64,000 bases of DNA, from contig JAMCRP010000001.1 in assembly GCA_023380635.1 (NCBI GenBank), positions 109,305-173,304 on the forward strand, given 5' to 3'. Under the pieces are notes generated by a model. The model was given only the letters and a program-made list of their open reading frames with translations, was not told where the DNA came from and did no database searches. Position numbers and translations under genes: made by a program. This document shows, one piece after another, positions 29,300 to 38,673 of the stretch (its first letter is position 1; each line of letters begins with the position of its first letter). This DNA comes from Patescibacteria group bacterium. GTDB lineage: Bacteria; Patescibacteriota; Microgenomatia; JAMCZE01.

Positions 29300-30612
29300 A
29301 GAATTTTTCTCCCGGTTAAAATCTTTCTTACCTCTAACATAGCCGAATATGTGGCTAATACCCAGACTGCGTCTTTAAGTCCTTCTTTTAGGTCTGTGTG
29401 AATCCGTAATAAATCTGAGTTAATCCCCGCATACTTCAGCCGCAAGGCCAAATCATAGACCCTGTCGCCGCCTACATTAATTGGGAAACTCCATTTTTGT
29501 AGCATCTCGAAGTCTACATCCCAAATCCAGCTTATATCCTGGCCGTCGGGAATCCGATCGTTTAAAACCAGGTATAGCGGCCCCTTCCGTGAGGATCCGA
29601 TGACCGTCCGCAGGGATTCGTTAAAGCCAGCCGGATTTTTTGATAGGAGAATTTTTACTCCTCTAATTTCTTCACTCCTTCCAAACGCCGGTTCAAATTT
29701 AGAAAAATCCGGATTTTTGATTCCCAGCTCTTCGGCTGCGAGCTTTGCTGCCAGAACATTATAGAAATTATATGTGCCTTCCAGTCCTTCGACCCTCTCA
29801 GTTTCCTTGATATTTAAATCGTTGATATTTAAATCGTTTTTCGGATGTCTCAAGCCGCACTTAGGACACTGCCATTCACCCAAATGTGACAGGTAGGTTC
29901 CCGCAAATTCCAGCCGGCTGCCGCATTTGGGACAATAAATCGAATCGGTAGCATGCTGCATTTCCGGCAAGTAGTATTTTTTATCACCCAGCCCGAAGTA
30001 CCTCACTTCGCCGGAGTAGTTTTTCCCGATCCAGGCCAACTGCGGGTCATCCGCGTTGACTATTAAGGTATTTTCATAAAGGGCCAGGGCCGCCTGCCAC
30101 CTTTTGGCAACCGTATCTACTTCGCCGTAACGGTCCAGCTGATCGCGGAAAAGATTAAGAAGAATAATTATCTGCGGACTAACCTGTTCCAAAACCAACG
30201 GCAAATTATTTTCATCAACCTCTAAAAGATAATATTTTCCCGACCTTTGCTGGAGAATACTGCCGGCGATGCCATTAAGGAGATTGGCACCGCTGCTATT
30301 AATAACTGTCCTTTTTTCCCCCAAGACGCTTCGTAAAAACTTAGTGGTCGTAGTCTTGCCGTTTGTCCCGGCAATTAGAATAATCTTGGCCTCTTTGGGC
30401 AGGAGCTTCGGCAATAGCTGCGGGTCAATTTTTAACGCCACTTCCCCGGCCCAGGTTACCCCGGCTCCCAAACCGAAAGTTTTACTAAGAAGAGAGACGG
30501 TCTTTCCGGAAAATATCGCCAAAGAGGTTTGCATGCCCATACATTCTACATCCTCAGCTCTACATTTGTCGCAACAGCTTAATCCTTTCCGCAATCGGCG
30601 GATGAGTGTCAA
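29296..30612 (-). CDS. murT: Lipid II isoglutaminyl synthase MurT (Mur ligase family with Cys4 zinc ribbon and DUF1727-like C-terminus)
   Basis: Mur ligase P-loop IAGTNGKTTTT; Cys4 ribbon CPKCGSRL...CPKCG; adjacent to gatD. Confidence 0.85.
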   Translation of the reverse strand: MTLIRRLRKGLSCCDKCRAEDVECMGMQTSLAIFSGKTVSLLSKTFGLGAGVTWAGEVALKIDPQLLPKLLPKEAKIILIAGTNGKTTTTKFLRSVLGEKRTVINSSGANLLNGIAGSILQQRSGKYYLLEVDENNLPLVLEQVSPQIIILLNLFRDQLDRYGEVDTVAKRWQAALALYENTLIVNADDPQLAWIGKNYSGEVRYFGLGDKKYYLPEMQHATDSIYCPKCGSRLEFAGTYLSHLGEWQCPKCGLRHPKNDLNINDLNIKETERVEGLEGTYNFYNVLAAKLAAEELGIKNPDFSKFEPAFGRSEEIRGVKILLSKNPAGFNESLRTVIGSSRKGPLYLVLNDRIPDGQDISWIWDVDFEMLQKWSFPINVGGDRVYDLALRLKYAGINSDLLRIHTDLKEGLKDAVWVLATYSAMLEVRKILTGRKIL

Positions 30613-31432
30613 ACAGTCCGGCCAAAAATGAAGTCACGCTCTTTCCTTTAAAAGGATTGACGATAAACAAATGAGCCGTAGCATTATTGGCAAATTTTGC
30701 CGGCGTCCGGTCAGCGGAGATTTTTTCCAAAGCGGAAGCCAGCCCTTCAGGATCGGAAGTTATCTTTGCTCCGGAAGCATCCGCCGCAAATTCCCGGCGG
30801 CGCGATATTGCCAGTTGAATGATTGTCGCTACTATCGGCGATAAAATCGCCAGAACCAAACCGATAATCACAAAAATCATCTCTGAGCCATTACCGCGGT
30901 TATCCCGATTATCCTGAAACCACAGGCTTCTCATAAACCAGTCTGCCAACATAGAAACAAAACCAACAAGAATTGCCGTTACCGCCATCAGTCTGGTATC
31001 AAAGTTTTTGACATGAGAAAGTTCATGGCCAATCACCCCTTCCATTTCCGACCGGTTTAATTTCTCCCGCAAGCCGTAAGTAATGGCAATCGCCGCGTGC
31101 TTGGGATCCCGACCGGTAGCAAAAGCGTTCGGAGAAGCGTCGGCAATCGCGTAAACCTTGGGCATGGGCAGATTTGCTTTTTGAGCCACGTCTGAAACAA
31201 CTTCATAAAGCTTCGGGTCCTGCTCCCGGCTAACCGGTTTGGCTCCGGAAATAGCCAGCACCATTCTGTCGGAAAAATAATAACTAAAAAAGGCAAAGAC
31301 TCCGGAGATAACCAGGGCAGGCCCCACAAAACTTGCTCCGTAACCGGCCAGTTTGCCAAAAGCAAAAGCCACCGCCGCGGCAAAAGCGACCAGGATTCCC
31401 ATCATCAGCCAGGTTTTTTCAATGCTATTCAT
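30560..31432 (-). CDS. htpX: HtpX-like M48 zinc metalloprotease
   Basis: HELSHV zinc motif, four TM segments; 290 aa. Confidence 0.85.
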   Translation of the reverse strand: MNSIEKTWLMMGILVAFAAAVAFAFGKLAGYGASFVGPALVISGVFAFFSYYFSDRMVLAISGAKPVSREQDPKLYEVVSDVAQKANLPMPKVYAIADASPNAFATGRDPKHAAIAITYGLREKLNRSEMEGVIGHELSHVKNFDTRLMAVTAILVGFVSMLADWFMRSLWFQDNRDNRGNGSEMIFVIIGLVLAILSPIVATIIQLAISRRREFAADASGAKITSDPEGLASALEKISADRTPAKFANNATAHLFIVNPFKGKSVTSFLAGLFDTHPPIAERIKLLRQM

Positions 31433-33195
31433 GTTCTTTTGTGTAGCCAGGATATTATCTCCCGATAGTCCAGAGTATTAACAATGTTTTTAGCCTCAGC
31501 CCAACCGCGGCGGGCCACCGCTATGCCATAAGGCATCATTAATAGTCCGTCCTTGTTATGAGCATCCGTTCCCAGGCTTAACTTTACTCCCCGCTTAACC
31601 GCTTCTCTTACTAAAGTATCCGGAAGATCCAGGCGGTTTGGGTAGGCATTAATTTCCAGGGCTTTATCGTGTTCCAGACAAAAACTGAATATTTGATCCC
31701 AATCCAACTCATAACCCTCGCGCGCTCCCAATAATCGGCCGGTCGGATGAGCCAAGATTCGGGCAACCGGATTAGATAAGCCTTTCAGAACTCGCCCGGT
31801 CATTTCTGCCTTGTTCATGTTAAAAGAGGAGTGTATCGACACCAGGCAACCATCAAGTCCATCTAAGGCTTCCTGAGGCACGGGAAGCTCGCCCGAAGGA
31901 AGAATATCTACTTCGAGTAATTTTATTACTCTACACCCTTTTGTTGAGTAATTAATGTGATCAATAAGTTCATTTCGCTTATGCAGGCGCTCTTCCATCT
32001 CTTTCGGGGAATTTTTGGCTTGACTCGGGTTATGGTCGCTAATCCCGATATACCCATAACCCAGCTTTTCCCCTATTTCTCTCATAACCTTTACCGAATC
32101 TTCCCCGCTGTCATGACTGGTTTCCTCTAAATCGCTGGAATGCATTTGCAAATCTCCCTTAATATCCTTCAGTTCAACCAGCTTTGGCAGTTTGTGCTTC
32201 AAAGCCGCCTCAATCTCGTCAGTATCCTCCCGCAGCTCCGGCGGAATCCAGTCCATACCGAGAAATTTATAAAACTCTTCTTCGGTTTTGAACCGGTGAA
32301 TCTTCCCGGATTTAAGCTCTTTAGTGCCGTATTCTGAAAGCGAGAGTCCCTTTTTGAGCGCAAAATCCCGCAGTTTTATATTGTGATACTTCGATCCGGT
32401 AAAATATTGCAGCATGGCTCCATATTCTTCCGGTTTTGCCACCCGCAAATCTGCCTGGCGGCCGGCAGAAAGCAGAATCGAGGCTCCGGTCGGCCCTTTT
32501 TCCACTAGCCCTGAGGCCCCAGGATAGGCCACAAAAGCTTTTATTACCTCTTCCGGATACTCGGTGGCCACCGCCAGATCCACATCCCCAATCGTGGCCA
32601 CCCGACGCCGTAAACTGCCTAATTTATCTATCCTGCCAACCTGCGGCTCTGCTTTCTTACTTATGTAGCTGATTATTTCTTCTGCCAGCTCATCCGCCTC
32701 CGGCAAAACCATCCTTTTCTCTTTAATAGCACCATGGCGATACCGTTCGATGTTGGTCAAAATATCCAGCTCGCTTTTTTCCCCAAAACCCTCGATTTTG
32801 GCAATTTTATGTTCTTTGGCTGCTTTTTCCAGCTCGTCAACGGGACTCTTCTCTTTTAACTTTAAACTTTCAACTAATATTTCTGCTCTTTTGGGTCCCA
32901 GGCCCGGAACATCCAATAACGGAAAAACTGCCGGGTTAACTTTCTTTAGAACCTGCTCAAAATGTTTAGATTTACCCGTCTTAAACAGCTCGTCCAAATG
33001 TTCCCGGATAGAAGCGCCCAAGCCTGGCACGCTATCCAGTTTCCCGTCTTCCCAAAGATCTTTTAACTCCGAAGTAGCGTGTTCGACAGCCGTAGCTGCG
33101 TTGTCGTAAGCGATAATTTTGAATCTGTTTTCGCCGAGGATAGTGTAGGCAGCCGCAATTTTGCGAAGCAAGCGGGCTATTTCAATATTCCCCAT
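31429..33195 (-). CDS. polX: DNA polymerase X family protein with C-terminal PHP domain (PolX); start reassigned to internal Met (MGNIEIARLL)
   Basis: HhH motifs, Pol-beta-like nucleotidyltransferase core, PHP histidines; the track ORF extends to 33309 and would overlap tRNA-Asp. Confidence 0.8.
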   Translation of the reverse strand: MGNIEIARLLRKIAAAYTILGENRFKIIAYDNAATAVEHATSELKDLWEDGKLDSVPGLGASIREHLDELFKTGKSKHFEQVLKKVNPAVFPLLDVPGLGPKRAEILVESLKLKEKSPVDELEKAAKEHKIAKIEGFGEKSELDILTNIERYRHGAIKEKRMVLPEADELAEEIISYISKKAEPQVGRIDKLGSLRRRVATIGDVDLAVATEYPEEVIKAFVAYPGASGLVEKGPTGASILLSAGRQADLRVAKPEEYGAMLQYFTGSKYHNIKLRDFALKKGLSLSEYGTKELKSGKIHRFKTEEEFYKFLGMDWIPPELREDTDEIEAALKHKLPKLVELKDIKGDLQMHSSDLEETSHDSGEDSVKVMREIGEKLGYGYIGISDHNPSQAKNSPKEMEERLHKRNELIDHINYSTKGCRVIKLLEVDILPSGELPVPQEALDGLDGCLVSIHSSFNMNKAEMTGRVLKGLSNPVARILAHPTGRLLGAREGYELDWDQIFSFCLEHDKALEINAYPNRLDLPDTLVREAVKRGVKLSLGTDAHNKDGLLMMPYGIAVARRGWAEAKNIVNTLDYREIISWLHKRT

Positions 33196-33221
33196 AGTTT
33201 GATAATATTGTAACACGGTTT

Positions 33222-33296
33222 GGGGTTGTAGCGCAGTTTGGTTAGCGCGTCTCCCTGTCACGGAGAAGGTCGCGGGTCCGAGTCCCGTCAACCCCG
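33222..33296 (+). tRNA. tRNA-Asp (anticodon GUC)
   Basis: Manual fold: acceptor GGGGUUG/CAACCCC, anticodon stem UCUCC/GGAGA with loop CUGUCAC, T-arm GCGGG-UCCGAGU-CCCGU. Confidence 0.85.
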
Positions 33297-33335
33297 CAAA
33301 CTGCCCCAAACTTCTGCCCGGAAGGAAGTGAAGAA

Positions 33336-33926
33336 ATGTTTGATAATCTTCGAAAATTTATCGATGACCTGGATTTGAACGAATCTATTGTCAGCATGCT
33401 TCTGGGAGCTCTAATTGTTATCCTGATAGGCATTCTTGCCTACGGCTATTTCCGCAACCATCAGCCTAACTCCACCATGGAAAATCCCCAGAATCAGGAG
33501 GAACAAGCCGGAGAGCTGGCCACGCCGTCAGCCACGGTCGCTTTGCCAACAACTCATGTCGTGGAGAACGGAGAAAGTCTCTGGTCTATCGCCGAAAGGT
33601 ATTATTCCAGCGGCTACAACTGGCAGGATATTGCCAAAGCCAACAACCTGACTAATCCCAGTGAGATCGAACCGGGCCAGAAGCTAACCATCCCCAAGGT
33701 CGAGGTGCGGGAGCCGCAGACAACCAACACTGCTTTAGAACAAACCGTGACCCCGGCGAACTCGATCACGGGCAATTCCTACACGGTGGTTCATGGTGAC
33801 AATTTGTGGGATATCGCGGTTCGGGCTTATGGCGACGGGTTCAAGTGGACTCAAATCGCTCAGGCCAATCATCTGGCCAACCCGGAAATAATTCATGCCG
33901 GGAATGTCTTTACCATCCCGCGGTAG
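33336..33926 (+). CDS. Membrane-anchored protein with two LysM peptidoglycan-binding domains
   Basis: N-terminal TM helix; two LysM repeats (HVVENGESLWSIAERYY...LTIP and YTVVHGDNLWDIAVRAY...FTIP). Confidence 0.8.
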   Translation: MFDNLRKFIDDLDLNESIVSMLLGALIVILIGILAYGYFRNHQPNSTMENPQNQEEQAGELATPSATVALPTTHVVENGESLWSIAERYYSSGYNWQDIAKANNLTNPSEIEPGQKLTIPKVEVREPQTTNTALEQTVTPANSITGNSYTVVHGDNLWDIAVRAYGDGFKWTQIAQANHLANPEIIHAGNVFTIPR

Positions 33927-33946
33927 TGGTATAATTTTCTCAAATT

Positions 33947-34017
33947 GCGGGATTAGTACACCGGTAGTATGCTACCTTCCCAAGGTAGAGAAGGGGGTTC
34001 AATTCCCCTATCCCGCT
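33947..34017 (+). tRNA. tRNA-Gly (anticodon CCC)
   Basis: Manual fold: acceptor GCGGGAU/AUCCCGC, anticodon stem CUACC/GGUAG with loop UUCCCAA, T-arm GGGGG-UUCAAUU-CCCCU. Confidence 0.8.
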
Positions 34018-34020
34018 CTT

Positions 34021-34524
34021 ATGTTAACCCTTATTCTTGGCGGCGGGTCATTTAAGAACAAGGCTTGGGTAGAAGAAATGGCCCAAACTTTGGGCGCTAC
34101 GCCGCAATTCTACGACTATTGGAGCGAGCAAAAGGATTCGGGTTTGGATTTCGATCTCGAAACAAATAAAGCCCTAAAAACCCTTGGGGGCCAACCCTAC
34201 AACCTCCTTATTAAGTCTGTCGGGTCTCTTCTGGGCATGCGAGTTCTGGAAAAAGCCGGCGGTAAGGTGAACAAAATTATTATTTGCGGCTTTCCCCTGC
34301 ACGACTTTCCCTCGGAAGAACTGGAAAGATATAAAGTTCTCAATAGTTTCCCCGTAGAAAAAATCAGATGTTTCCAAAACAATGCTGATCCTCATGGGTC
34401 ATACCAGGAGGCCAAGACTTTCCTGGCTAAAATTAATCCTGACATCCAAATTGTCGAAAAAATTGGCGACAACCACAATTATCCGTATCCAGAAGATTTC
34501 CAGGCATTTCTTTCAGAAGGATAG
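34021..34524 (+). CDS. Small alpha/beta-fold serine hydrolase-like protein (start reassigned to the Met just after tRNA-Gly)
   Basis: LILGGGSF...IKSVGSLLG nucleophile-elbow-like region; the track ORF begins at 33895 and overlaps the tRNA. Confidence 0.45.
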   Translation: MLTLILGGGSFKNKAWVEEMAQTLGATPQFYDYWSEQKDSGLDFDLETNKALKTLGGQPYNLLIKSVGSLLGMRVLEKAGGKVNKIIICGFPLHDFPSEELERYKVLNSFPVEKIRCFQNNADPHGSYQEAKTFLAKINPDIQIVEKIGDNHNYPYPEDFQAFLSEG

Positions 34525-34529
34525 AGTTA

Positions 34530-35243
34530 ATGAATCCGCAACATCGGCTACTTTTAGACGAAATTAAAAAACACCAGGGTAAGCCGGCGAAGCACAAAAA
34601 TACAAACAATTATGCCGGAACAACCAGCTTTGAGTATCATGTTTCCAACCCGGTTAAATGGAAAATAGCCAAAGATTGGGCGGCAAAAAATACGACGATA
34701 TCGCCTGATAACTTTCTTCTGATTCTGGACTCCCTAAACACTGGGAAATCGCATGAGGAAAAAAGTTTAGTCGGCTGCCTACTCGCAACTTTTCCTAAAC
34801 TTCGGTCTCAAATTAAGCCGATATCTTTAGACAAATGGCTAAACAATGTTCACGGTTGGGCTGAAGTGGATAATCTTTGCCAAAATAATTTTCAACACCA
34901 GAATTTTTTTGCGGATTGGCCTGCTTGGGAAAAAACGATTCGTAATTTTTCCAAAGACAAAAATGTCCACAAACGCCGGGCAAGTTTGGTTTTGCTTACC
35001 GGACCGGTTAGTCATTCATCCGACCCCTGCTTTTCAGTATTGGCTTTAGAAAATATTGACCGTCTTAAAGGAGAAAAAGATATTCTTATTACCAAAGCTG
35101 TCTCCTGGCTCCTGCGTAGTCTTATTAAAAATCACCATGAGGATGTCGAAAAATATTTGGAGAAAAACAAAGATGTTCTGCCCAGAATCGCCATTCGCGA
35201 AACAGAAAATAAACTTAAATCCGGCCGGAAATCCGGCAAATAA
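34530..35243 (+). CDS. DNA alkylation repair enzyme, AlkC/AlkD-like HEAT-repeat glycosylase family
   Basis: 237 aa; C-terminal region ILITKAVSWLLRSLIKNHHEDVEKYL...LPRIAIRE resembles AlkD (KAIGW.LREYSK...LS.LSKREAL). Confidence 0.65.
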   Translation: MNPQHRLLLDEIKKHQGKPAKHKNTNNYAGTTSFEYHVSNPVKWKIAKDWAAKNTTISPDNFLLILDSLNTGKSHEEKSLVGCLLATFPKLRSQIKPISLDKWLNNVHGWAEVDNLCQNNFQHQNFFADWPAWEKTIRNFSKDKNVHKRRASLVLLTGPVSHSSDPCFSVLALENIDRLKGEKDILITKAVSWLLRSLIKNHHEDVEKYLEKNKDVLPRIAIRETENKLKSGRKSGK

Positions 35244-35249
35244 TAATCG

Positions 35250-35585
35250 ATGCTTTATAAAGCCATTTCTCTCAAACAACCCTGGGCGAATTTGGTAGCG
35301 AGCAGCAAGAAAAAAATTGAAACGAGAAAATGGGGAACAAAATATCGCGGCGATTTGGTCATCTGCTCTTCAAAGTTCCCAAGTACTCCAGAACCTGCAG
35401 GATATGCCTTGTGTATCGCGGAGTTGTATCATGTCGAGCCGATGAAAAAGATTCACGAAAAAGATGCCTGTATTAAAGTTTATCCCCGCGCCCACGCCTG
35501 GTTTTTGCGCAATATCCGGCCGATTAATCCGCCAATCCCCGTCAAGGGCCAGTTGGGAATTTTTGATGTTGAATTAGATCTTTAA
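35250..35585 (+). CDS. ASCH (PUA-like) domain protein
   Basis: ISLKQPWANLVASSKKKIETRKW...YRGDLVI typical ASCH N-terminus; 111 aa. Confidence 0.7.
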   Translation: MLYKAISLKQPWANLVASSKKKIETRKWGTKYRGDLVICSSKFPSTPEPAGYALCIAELYHVEPMKKIHEKDACIKVYPRAHAWFLRNIRPINPPIPVKGQLGIFDVELDL

Positions 35586-36483
35586 GCCTCTCTAAACTGG
35601 TGTCATCCAAAATCGAAACCGGGGTAATTTTCTTCTTTAGCTTTTTGAAAGCCGGATTATTTGCCAAGTCAGCCTTGGTCATGAGAATTATCTCCTGTTT
35701 ATTTAGCAGTTCGGGATTATATTGTTTCAGTTCCTGGCGGATTGTATTGTAGTCAGCCAGTGGATTAGTCGAATCGGCGGCAATGCAATGCAGGATTACC
35801 GGGACTTTTTCAATGTGTTTTAAAAACCTATCCCCCAGCCCCTTGCCTCTACTCGCTCCCTCAATTAGTCCCGGAATATCTGCAATAATTTTTCCGTTCA
35901 CGGCTCCGAGGTTTGGTTCTAAAGTAGTGAAGGGGTAATCGCCAACCGGCGCGTTGGCGTTGGTTAACGCGTTGAGAAGCGAACTTTTGCCGGCATTGGG
36001 CAAACCTACCAGCCCGAAATCGGCGATCAGTTTCAAAGTTAGTTTTAACCGCCGTTTTTGTCCCGGCAAACCCGGCTGAGCTTTAGTTGGGGTCGTCATA
36101 CGGGCGTTGGCCCGGTCAGCATTCCCCAAACCCCCCGCGCCTCCTTTACAAATTAACACTCTGGTATTGGGATTATCCAGACTAAACAATTCTTCTGTCT
36201 CTAAATCAAACAGGTCCGTACCTATTGGTGCCAGGAGAGTTAGATCCAAGGCATTATGGCCGGATTTGCGGTTTGACCCGCCCGGTTCTCCGTCCGAAGC
36301 GGCGAATTTTTTCTTGCTGGCATAACGGTTTAGAGCGGTCAGGTCGGTTGTACTCTCAAAATATAAATCTCCCCCATCGCCGCCATTGCCGCCGTCAGGC
36401 CCCCGGCCTTTTTTAAAAAACGATGCTTTGCCGGCTCCGCCATGCCCGCCGGAAACTTCGATTTCCGCTTCATCTATAAGCAT
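35542..36483 (-). CDS. obg: GTPase Obg/CgtA
   Basis: Gly-rich Obg fold (GGHGGAGKASF, GGNGGDGGD); G motifs GLPNAGKSSLL, DIPG, NKAD; 313 aa. Confidence 0.9.
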   Translation of the reverse strand: MLIDEAEIEVSGGHGGAGKASFFKKGRGPDGGNGGDGGDLYFESTTDLTALNRYASKKKFAASDGEPGGSNRKSGHNALDLTLLAPIGTDLFDLETEELFSLDNPNTRVLICKGGAGGLGNADRANARMTTPTKAQPGLPGQKRRLKLTLKLIADFGLVGLPNAGKSSLLNALTNANAPVGDYPFTTLEPNLGAVNGKIIADIPGLIEGASRGKGLGDRFLKHIEKVPVILHCIAADSTNPLADYNTIRQELKQYNPELLNKQEIILMTKADLANNPAFKKLKKKITPVSILDDTSLERLKDLIQHQKFPTGP

Positions 36484-36532
36484 AGCTGTATTTTAAACGC
36501 CAGGCGTCTGTTTGCATAGTTATATATAATGT

Positions 36533-36769
36533 ATGCATATGATGTGGGGTTATGGTTACGGTCCTTATATGGGTTATGGCTTTCTACCAATCATTGGCTG
36601 GGTTTTTTCCTGGATATTTTTTATCGTGGTTATTGTTCTGGCCATTCGCTTCTTTCGCGGCGGACGCTGGCACGATCATGACCGATCGGCGGAAATTCTT
36701 CGCGAACGCTATGCCAAAGGCGAAATTTCCAAGAAAGAGTTCGAGGAAATGAAAAAGGATCTCCAGTAA
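36533..36769 (+). CDS. Small membrane protein with C-terminal SHOCT domain
   Basis: Two hydrophobic segments then LRERYAKGEISKKEFEEMKKDL (SHOCT-like). Confidence 0.55.
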   Translation: MHMMWGYGYGPYMGYGFLPIIGWVFSWIFFIVVIVLAIRFFRGGRWHDHDRSAEILRERYAKGEISKKEFEEMKKDLQ

Positions 36770-36786
36770 TGCTAAAATACCACTAT

Positions 36787-36858
36787 GCCGAAGTGGCTCA
36801 GTGGTAGAGCGGCTCTTTCGTAAAGAGTAGGTCGTGAGTCCGATTCTCACCTTCGGCT
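36787..36858 (+). tRNA. tRNA-Thr (anticodon CGU)
   Basis: Manual fold: acceptor GCCGAAG/CUUCGGC, D-arm GCUC-AGUGGUA-GAGC, anticodon stem GCUCU/AGAGU with loop UUCGUAA, T-arm GUGAG-UCCGAUU-CUCAC. Confidence 0.85.
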
Positions 36859-36876
36859 CATGGTGGTAGAATAACT

Positions 36877-37593
36877 ATGATGCGATCGCCATACAGCCGG
36901 CTGCAACAGCGCTATACTAAACAAACTCAGCAGCGCCTGATCCTTTCTCTGATTGGTTCGATAATTTTGGTCGTTATTTTGGTAATTTATGGTCTGCCGG
37001 CTCTTTTTAATTTAACCGGCACTATCAGTAGTTTTCGCCGGGGTAATTCTGCAACCGTTTCCTCTGATAACACCGTCGCTCCAACTACCCCAGAACTTTC
37101 CCAGGACCTGACGGCGACATCTTCGGCCCACACCAAGGTTCACGGCGTTGCCGATCCGAACATCACCGTGGAAATTTTCCAAAACGGACGTTCTTTGGGA
37201 ACCGTAGTCGCTTCAAATGATGGCACTTTTACCCAGGACGCCGATTTGGAAAAAGGTCCAAACAGCTTTACCGCTCAGGCGGTTAACGACGCTAATCAGA
37301 AAAGCGATGTTTCCGAGGCCTATGTTGTCAGCTTCCTTTCCGGCCAGCCAAAGTTGGATTTATCCTCGCCCAAAGACGGCGACTCATTTAATAACCAGAC
37401 TATTTCTGTCAGCGGGGCCACCGATCCGGGCGATACGGTTTCTATTAATGACCGGCTGGCGATTGTCGACAAAGACGGTAACTTTTCTTATTCCCTCAAC
37501 CTAAACAGCGGAGACAACAAATTGAAGATCACGGCCACTGACCCGGCCGGCAACACTACCTCTAAAGAATTAACCGTCAAGTACCAGCAGTAG
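36877..37593 (+). CDS. Membrane-anchored surface protein with tandem Ig-like (bacterial Ig / CARDB-like) domains
   Basis: N-terminal TM helix; repeated beta-rich segments (ADPNITVEIFQNGRSLGTV..., ATDPGDTVSINDRLAIVDKDGNFSY...). Confidence 0.55.
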   Translation: MMRSPYSRLQQRYTKQTQQRLILSLIGSIILVVILVIYGLPALFNLTGTISSFRRGNSATVSSDNTVAPTTPELSQDLTATSSAHTKVHGVADPNITVEIFQNGRSLGTVVASNDGTFTQDADLEKGPNSFTAQAVNDANQKSDVSEAYVVSFLSGQPKLDLSSPKDGDSFNNQTISVSGATDPGDTVSINDRLAIVDKDGNFSYSLNLNSGDNKLKITATDPAGNTTSKELTVKYQQ

Positions 37594-38673
37594 GAATAAC
37601 CACTCCATGACCCAGGGGTACAAAAGAGTATTGTTGAACCAGGAGTGAACAAAAACTGCCAGAAAACTCGCTTTAAAAGCCAAACTTTTCTTCCCCGCAA
37701 TCCACATCCCCCGCAAGACCCCAAGATAAGCGATCAGGCCGACGATTCCGGTTGTCGCCAGGACCAAAAGTATGGACGAATCTGCCCCGGCTCCGGCATG
37801 GCTTTGGGTACTGGCGTTAGTCACGTAGCGGTAGGCGTCAAAACCCCTGCCTAAAATCGGGGTCTTTTCCCAAATCATTACTGCCTGTTTCCAGTTATTA
37901 ATTCGGGCGATGGCGCTGTTCTCCCGGCCGAGCTTGGTCCCTTCGCCCAGACTTTTCGGCAACAGGGGAATGGCAATCAGGAGAACTATAGTAGCAACAA
38001 GAATTATTTTTAATGACTTTTTGTACCAGGCGATGATCCCGAAACCAACCAGATAGGCCAAATACGACGCCCGGGAGTAAGTCAATAAAAGAGCGGTATA
38101 AATTATTGAAAATTGAAGAATTGAAAATTTGTTTAAAATTTTAAATTTAAAATTAAAAATTGAGAATAATCCTAAGGTCAGAATTATTCCCGTAAACCCC
38201 GGGTCTAGAAAGGTAGATATCAACCTAAAGTAATGTTCGTCCCAATTCTGGGCCGCTAAAAAAGTGGTATCCGGCATGAGAAGATATTGGGCAATACCGG
38301 CCAGAGCCACGATTAGAACTCCCGCAATTAAACCTTTTTTTATTAGCTCTTTTTCCTTCGTCTCCCTAAAAGCAAAATAGATCCCGGCATAGGCCAACCA
38401 ACGAACTGCATACATCCCGGCAACCGCTAACTGGAAAGGTGTATAGCGGGAGATATTAACCAAAAGCGAAAGAGCCATGGCTGCAGCCCAGATCGCCACC
38501 GGCCAGAACAGCGCCGATTTTTTCCCGGTCCGCAGTTCCCGGATAATCCCGATTCCCCCGACTATACCAACTGCCAGATCATTCAGATGCAGCGTAACCC
38601 CGTTTCCCAAATCGAATCTTCCCAACTGCCCAAGCGGAAAAAGAATTAAGAGCAAAATTAACAGGTATTTCAT
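37570..38673 (-). CDS. O-antigen ligase/polymerase family (Wzy_C-like) polytopic membrane protein
   Basis: 10+ TM helices; periplasmic loop with SRASYLAYLVGFG motif; contains an AT-only tandem repeat insert (NFKFKILNKF). Confidence 0.55.
   Translation of the reverse strand: MKYLLILLLILFPLGQLGRFDLGNGVTLHLNDLAVGIVGGIGIIRELRTGKKSALFWPVAIWAAAMALSLLVNISRYTPFQLAVAGMYAVRWLAYAGIYFAFRETKEKELIKKGLIAGVLIVALAGIAQYLLMPDTTFLAAQNWDEHYFRLISTFLDPGFTGIILTLGLFSIFNFKFKILNKFSILQFSIIYTALLLTYSRASYLAYLVGFGIIAWYKKSLKIILVATIVLLIAIPLLPKSLGEGTKLGRENSAIARINNWKQAVMIWEKTPILGRGFDAYRYVTNASTQSHAGAGADSSILLVLATTGIVGLIAYLGVLRGMWIAGKKSLAFKASFLAVFVHSWFNNTLLYPWVMEWLFLLLVLDG

Noticed and set aside
33196-33309. N-terminal 38-codon extension of the PolX ORF as given in the ORF track
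   Set aside because: It overlaps tRNA-Asp (33222-33296) on the opposite strand, and the PolX homology begins at the internal Met (MGNIEIARLL), so the extension is discarded.
33895-34020. N-terminal extension of the alpha/beta hydrolase ORF (33895-34020)
   Set aside because: It overlaps the LysM gene end and the whole of tRNA-Gly (33947-34017); the plausible start is the Met at 34021.
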